A DNA stretch of 64,000 bases from positions 1 through 64,000 of the IMG/VR virus record IMGVR_UViG_3300022752_000020. The stretch is one strand, 5' to 3'. How positions within the stretch are numbered: the first letter of the stretch is position 1; each line of letters begins with the position of its first letter. The stretch comes from a virus. Position numbers and translations under genes: made by a program. The notes below the pieces were generated by a model. The model ran no database searches. It saw only the letters and a program-made list of their open reading frames with translations, and was not told where the DNA came from. Of the stretch, positions 61,601-64,000 are shown one piece after another.

Positions 61601-63998
61601 TACGACATTTTTCAACATCATAGTTATTTGGTATTTGTACCACATTATTAGTAAATGTATTGATATTGTTTACATAATCAATAATATTGTCTTGATATAT
61701 AGACTTATTATTGTTTAGGGTACTGCTAATTTCCTGTAGCAATGGATCAACCCAAATTTGACCTGGAGCTGTTACACCTGGGATAGCATTATTTCTAGCA
61801 TCAATTAAATTTCTAACTAGTAAAATTAAATCTCTAGCTTCGTTACTAATTTCTGCACTTGCAATTGTAATATCAGCAAGAAGAATAGCTCTAACCTGTT
61901 CTGCTAGGAACTCATAAGCAGCCATTGTTGGCTTAACTTCTGCATCTTGTAGGCTATCAGTAACACCGTCACCTGTACCTTCATAATAAGCATAACCTGC
62001 ATTGAGAGTTTCCATGTTTCCGCCGTAGGTTAAATCATATGCTATAGCATCAATAATAAATCCTACATCTTCTTCACACTTGGTTACTCTTGTACCAGTA
62101 TATGTAAATGTGTACCAAATACTGTCAAGTGGTTGTCCTGCTGCGCTATCATTAATCTGTGTAGTAATCCATGCACTTACAGCAGCCTTCAAATTGGCTT
62201 TTTCATTGCGTAATTTAGTAGCAGCTAGAGCATATTTTGGATTACGTGTTCTGATACCAGCTGGTCTTGGTAATGCATATACACTACCACCAGGAATTGG
62301 CATAGCTGGGCTCTTTGGAACACTGCCACCACCAATAATACTACTGATTAATTCAAAACTCTGTGTTACACTTGCTATAGCAGCAGCATCGTCCAATAGC
62401 TCAACTAGTTTATCCTTGGCAAAATCAATACCACCTAGTGTTTCTTGTAGTTGATCTGTTAGAACCAAGCTACTTGCTGCGCGACGATATGATAGACCTG
62501 CCTTAACACTGTTATAATTTGTACCTAGTAATAGGTCATATAAAGCAGCGTCAATGATCAATCCAACGTCACGACTGCAACGACTTTGATCATAGGTCTT
62601 GTAGTTAGCTGTAATATAAGCAACCACTTCTTCCTTCAAGAATTCCTTATTAGCGATCAAGCTAGCAGCAGCGTTTACAGCATTTGGATTAAATGCAGCA
62701 CCTAATGGAGCTGTATTAACTATTGAGGGAGCTACTTCTACGCCCTTATCAATAATGTCAAACATTAGATCAAACAAGTTTGTAATACGTGCTATAGCAG
62801 CCTCATTCTTTACTAGAGGTGGCTTCTGGCTAACTGCAATTACCTGATCACGAATAAACTTGATAGCCTGTAGTTGTGGACCAATCTGTGTGCTTGTTAC
62901 AACTTGTGCAGCCTTCTGTAAGTATACGCTACCTGCTGTTACACTTTGGAAGTTACTGTTTAGTACCAAGTCATACATAGCAGCATCTATGATCAAGCCT
63001 ACGTCACGAGCACATTTTTCTGTGTTGTATTGTAGGATAAAGCTATCAATATAGTCTGCAATACGAGCCTGTAGTTCACGCTTCTGTTCTTGTACTGCAA
63101 TGCGTACATAGGCCAGTGTTTCGTCACCTGCTAGGAAGTTTGGTTCTTCTCTAACTGGTACTTGTTTTACACCACCTTTAACAACATTAATTACAATGTC
63201 AATTAATTGACTTAATTTCTGTGCTGTTTCTACGCTACCTGCTGTACCTCTGATCTGTTCTAGTTCTGACTGTACACTCTTAACAGTTACATTTTTAGCA
63301 ACGTCAGCTAAAATATAACCAAGATGATTGTAAGCACGGATTGTTGCTTCTTTTTCATCAGATTGCACACTGTCATTTACTGTTACACCTGAGTAGTAGG
63401 CTAGACCAGCTGTATAGCTTTCCATATTACCACCATAGGTTAGGTCGTAATACACAGCATCTAGAATAAAGTCAATATCTTCCTTACACTTAGTTCTATT
63501 GAATACAAATGGACTTGCGAAGCCTTCTCTGTTTTCACGCTTCTGTTGATCAATCCAAGCAATTAATTCTGCTTTGATGAACTCTCTATTTTCTTCAATT
63601 AGATCACGAGCAAGACGATAACCTTCATCTCTACTATTGTTTAAGCCGCCACCTGGTAATGGTAAGCTATATGGTTTCTGTGGTAGAGCTGCTAGTAGGG
63701 CTGCTTCATTTGCTGCCTGTGTAGCATCAATAATATAGTCCATCAATGTGCCAATTCTAGTATAGGCTACACTGTTGGCTACAATACCTGGAATACCGCC
63801 GCCACCTGCTGCATAACCAGCAGCATTTTCATAGGTCTCACCTAGTGTACGCATTCTTGTCTTCAAGAATTCAAACAATAGTTCAGTTGGTTTTGTCTGT
63901 GGATAGTTACTTAGGCTGGTACTACCTGTTGCTAGAGCAGCATTAGCCTGTTGTCTCCAATAGCTACGAGCAGCAGTAATTGTACGGAACTGTGTATT
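52623..63998 (-). CDS. Giant virion-type protein (partial, >3,790 aa) with at least 19 phycobiliprotein-like CxxD helical repeats
   Basis: The frame stays open beyond the ORF-track TTG to the window edge (NTQFRTITAARSYWRQ...). Repeat consensus KCxRDVGxIxDAxxYDLxxGGN; C-terminal TSTDEKGDFRIG..TPYILAL domain. Confidence 0.85.
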   Translation of the reverse strand, partial: NTQFRTITAARSYWRQQANAALATGSTSLSNYPQTKPTELLFEFLKTRMRTLGETYENAAGYAAGGGGIPGIVANSVAYTRIGTLMDYIIDATQAANEAALLAALPQKPYSLPLPGGGLNNSRDEGYRLARDLIEENREFIKAELIAWIDQQKRENREGFASPFVFNRTKCKEDIDFILDAVYYDLTYGGNMESYTAGLAYYSGVTVNDSVQSDEKEATIRAYNHLGYILADVAKNVTVKSVQSELEQIRGTAGSVETAQKLSQLIDIVINVVKGGVKQVPVREEPNFLAGDETLAYVRIAVQEQKRELQARIADYIDSFILQYNTEKCARDVGLIIDAAMYDLVLNSNFQSVTAGSVYLQKAAQVVTSTQIGPQLQAIKFIRDQVIAVSQKPPLVKNEAAIARITNLFDLMFDIIDKGVEVAPSIVNTAPLGAAFNPNAVNAAASLIANKEFLKEEVVAYITANYKTYDQSRCSRDVGLIIDAALYDLLLGTNYNSVKAGLSYRRAASSLVLTDQLQETLGGIDFAKDKLVELLDDAAAIASVTQSFELISSIIGGGSVPKSPAMPIPGGSVYALPRPAGIRTRNPKYALAATKLRNEKANLKAAVSAWITTQINDSAAGQPLDSIWYTFTYTGTRVTKCEEDVGFIIDAIAYDLTYGGNMETLNAGYAYYEGTGDGVTDSLQDAEVKPTMAAYEFLAEQVRAILLADITIASAEISNEARDLILLVRNLIDARNNAIPGVTAPGQIWVDPLLQEISSTLNNNKSIYQDNIIDYVNNINTFTNNVVQIPNNYDVEKCRRDVGLVLDAIRYDMMFGTSFRTISAGRSYRRSFANVVNSGAQAAANLKAFQELKERILGKKLSGVTVDSTVLNAGTTTLSTGILSGDTLAGAGTITVASTVGFPTAGTISIGAEFFTYTGKGATTFTGVTRATGGTVAEAHGANDIITFVQSATSSIVTINNTTGQITFPNPAVDIAPTDYITVTGTVTTGTASIDDDTVTAGAQFTAPQTFKVSAITKGANTTTLTLLKLSSTATNPVAVTTITGANNTTTGLIFTRTTGKFTCTDTTTTRAGLLRKDLPVRVAGTYQTGTATLEDFSNIATQPKTYYIIGTPTTTSFQLSETIDGAPIRVTPGTTAGLTFEVRPSLDVLDEVITQGLLDTQTLDAKVAADALRPGVEYKIVTEGADVQTAGSFVVGGKYKVVLLGITDFNGAAGTTGITYAAGNEFTAADIGSGTGTARYITDYTKLGALSNSANQVFVATGTPSTTTGGSGQVKTIAIRERAERLFDIFLAILQGDAGNATLTSLGFNLDTGLDTPAKDGYVTTTLGAINNAVVGTITTVNNGTANFLSAGSIVIGDETISYTNKTSNTFTGCTRAVGAATTTLNGAIDASVTAITVASTTGFPNKGFLVIGTEQITYTGKTATTFVGLTRGSGTTTAASAINGATVRQGFSHASGAVVKNSTASFYIHPTPVLDVNDFDVQADYDAAVADQTSRITARNKINQARLTLERDLIQWIDDQVTNKNGNFDTTFETYWTQNSNANKAKCRQDIKFILDAITYDLTYGGNQETIVAGKAYYDGEALGTEKLGTADAYAYFKNLITTAAAGGAVATATTLVDQIISFIDPKIEDPIKVEADTSWVDSELYVFSDKLKSEAATVAKATTDYVNANFPVLAGNYNIEKCQRDVQLVVEAVRWDMMFNSNFRTIVAARSYYRSQVLTGTFTNGSNGSGSQKPATIAAFGVVKVALDEIVKSDDLAKDRVAALMDLVLNILNTGTGAIPQISTPYGATPNAVDIGYLNATNVVKANFEYLIEEAYRFVQANSPPAGYNVAKCKRDVGLILDAVLYDLTYGGSLETVTAAIAYYEANSPDAAVPDSLPLAQLTATKNAFSRIATVIEQVILNTDVNESASHSIAQIRSLNAGSAEAAAQAKALVNIVRDYLDSTITNKPTATKPSTSWVDNNLALFASTMLDRKTSLGLQVTDYIDATFQGFSYDKTKCQRDVGYVVDAVRYDMMFGNVFRSWTAGRAYLRSQVVTGNFTTLQQKEATLASFRFLKSLLLAVTGNNQTASNRVRAAMNVVIDVLEYGVTVSGTMDYGTDTYARNAYNPTWQAAVATIAAKKDSLLASMKTWLGTQTTSFLGYNEATCLRDVGYLIDAIRFDLTYGGNMESWVAGQSYYSGAVLGPTGTAPNEVGTTAHINLTKTAFTQLGTYIKAELSSAGNGTAVKTAVDALIDTVNQLITSAADTSVKEVVADASWAEVPLQEISVAMRLQTNTIKTDVGAYVDTNFPGLMTSTQKDKCVRDAGLLIDAVRWDMLLNSNFRSVTAGRSYWRNAVMLNADALATQQQKSATIAAFTYLKDRLQSISATNSIAYERVTANMDIILEIIQNGLNDQATPAINWPSATTTNAQKAAKALINNKTFLQKEISAYINATYNQYQYNEASCYRDVGFITEAVGYDMVQGGNYMTVRAAQGYLRANAVKVFDAEQKHITLLAMKYLKQLLGNYVGNNATASTEVKNRIETITKVLYGSSLVGGVPTAAASGEYAVPALNYGTAPTPAKWTATTLAGANGSTGTVIDTIINDVIAWIGANNPPSAYTVAKCRRDLQYILEGLRYDLTHGGNWATVINARSYYVGTANQLGPDSDETTATLAAYNYLKTQIDLLANIGGTVNGVTAATRVGQLIEIIRATITGGLSALPAIEYPELLGSDTAKEVSRNVLLSNKKNAQDKVIRWVNNRAYFVYDVLKCERDLGYILEAIYGDVATGSNFLSKTAGEAYLRNLASNAIAKTPRQKWAHIAALEYAKAALGDLVSTNADAGARIRSRLQVVIDILNEESNANVTVDLAAASTGRAAAEKTQIDTLALTASKDKISDALSEYMQDQFNSTYQALTAAGKLDECQRDIKLIVDAIVHDLYHGGNTATRVAARAYITGNALTLGNVTGEKATMLAVLAALKVVLASGTGGAPFTTGGNSISGGNTIATGYLTQGTLSADANTLIDIIIAVVTAESFSSMTALDLPDGYGTYAPAALILANAAELNQWKVFEYMNSRPYLDYTGNAGDATTIVGKCERDVDIIVDSVALDVANNTNYRSVTAGLSYLRSYSKVVTAEQKSATIGALYFIKKVFSTALSGDATALARARARMNEIIDIVNRGAVAAPALSITANAATTVITNNYDFVKAEVRAFIDRNYPELDYNKAKCERDVALILDALRYDIAYGGNNATTEAGLAYWEGNSLTLGTHATDIDDPDITGGENEKEATLAAYAQLKTVVQALLNNGAYTVLQSITSRVAGAGDNTKSTQAGNAIDRIIDIIDSADLTAALTAAAASSIAAPANPTTGGNATLLGLKTDADSGTAGNQSLKSLVSIEIKKAFMDTNGDGTGTKIQFFVYRQAKCEEDVGFVVEGLAFDALHGGNKESREVALQYAYKGGLVIPLATKAPTIGGFKRLEAILEDVLDGTMNNGTTGLAKTAGNNQTPVTTTVVSDATTISNVVTKAGYVNQALKGQTLPALVEPDVIANKTVDPEYLIIRAVARDAIPRIAAETITFINETYAGFGYLQDTCKRDVGLTIDAVAYDLIYGGNSRTKFAAEQYFSGGRFQIPADSKSATVACFVYLGALAAKVVRNEPIVTFQNYVDQDKSNTAATSSEVTNLGILFDAFTDILTNGYISVIQLDATFTSAVNDNTYATFHQVSTITTTGHTLEWVGTGIDVDSALPYNGGVPKPQNQLVSDKGGFINFTSTDEKGDFRIGPDLTIKRDSGSIIGRAFNKSLLGVVTPYILALQS

Positions 63999-64000
63999 AA

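Noticed and set aside
3267-62454. Short plus-strand ORFs antisense to core genes (e.g. 3267, 5709, 8366, 9076, 15861, 54490-62454)
   Set aside because: They lie opposite well-supported genes, have no motifs or SDs, and have typical antisense composition.
63876-63878. ORF-track TTG start of the 3751-aa protein
   Set aside because: The frame is open to the window edge and encodes the second half of another repeat, so the true start is outside the window.
1-64000. Stop-codon reassignment as in some jumbo phages
   Set aside because: Code 11 gives full-length genes at high coding density, and TAA, TGA and TAG all occur as real stops.

Overview
The window is a gene-dense, AT-rich segment of a large T4-like (jumbo) myovirus genome, read with standard genetic code 11 and almost entirely on the minus strand. 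I found no tRNA, rRNA or CRISPR array, and the host cannot be determined from this window. From left to right it contains: a partial glycosyltransferase-like gene; a recombination module (uvsY, uvsX/recA, gp32-like ssb); packaging and head genes (putative internal head proteins, large and small terminase, gp4 head-completion nuclease); tail tube and sheath; a dNMP kinase; neck gp13/gp14; a decayed GIY-YIG/NUMOD3 homing endonuclease at the start of gp15; a Nudix hydrolase; a three-gene glycosyl/methyltransferase cluster; and about 39 kb of giant fibre and virion genes. The strongest candidate for a novel system is the >3,790-aa protein at the right end. It has at least 19 tandem helical repeats resembling phycobiliprotein (phycocyanin-type globin) domains, each keeping the chromophore-site Cys-x-x-Asp (CxRD in 15), in two largely alternating subtypes. 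Other notable observations: a 6,481-aa nearly proline-free Gly-X-Gln collagen-like protein with 24 CBM5/12-like beads and recently shuffled cassettes; nested (Russian-doll) domain insertions in three fibre proteins; gp15 apparently starting at an ATT codon with a hairpin-bridged Shine-Dalgarno; and TAAATA late promoters positioned to give leaderless mRNAs. All family assignments come from motif recognition by eye; no database searches were run.
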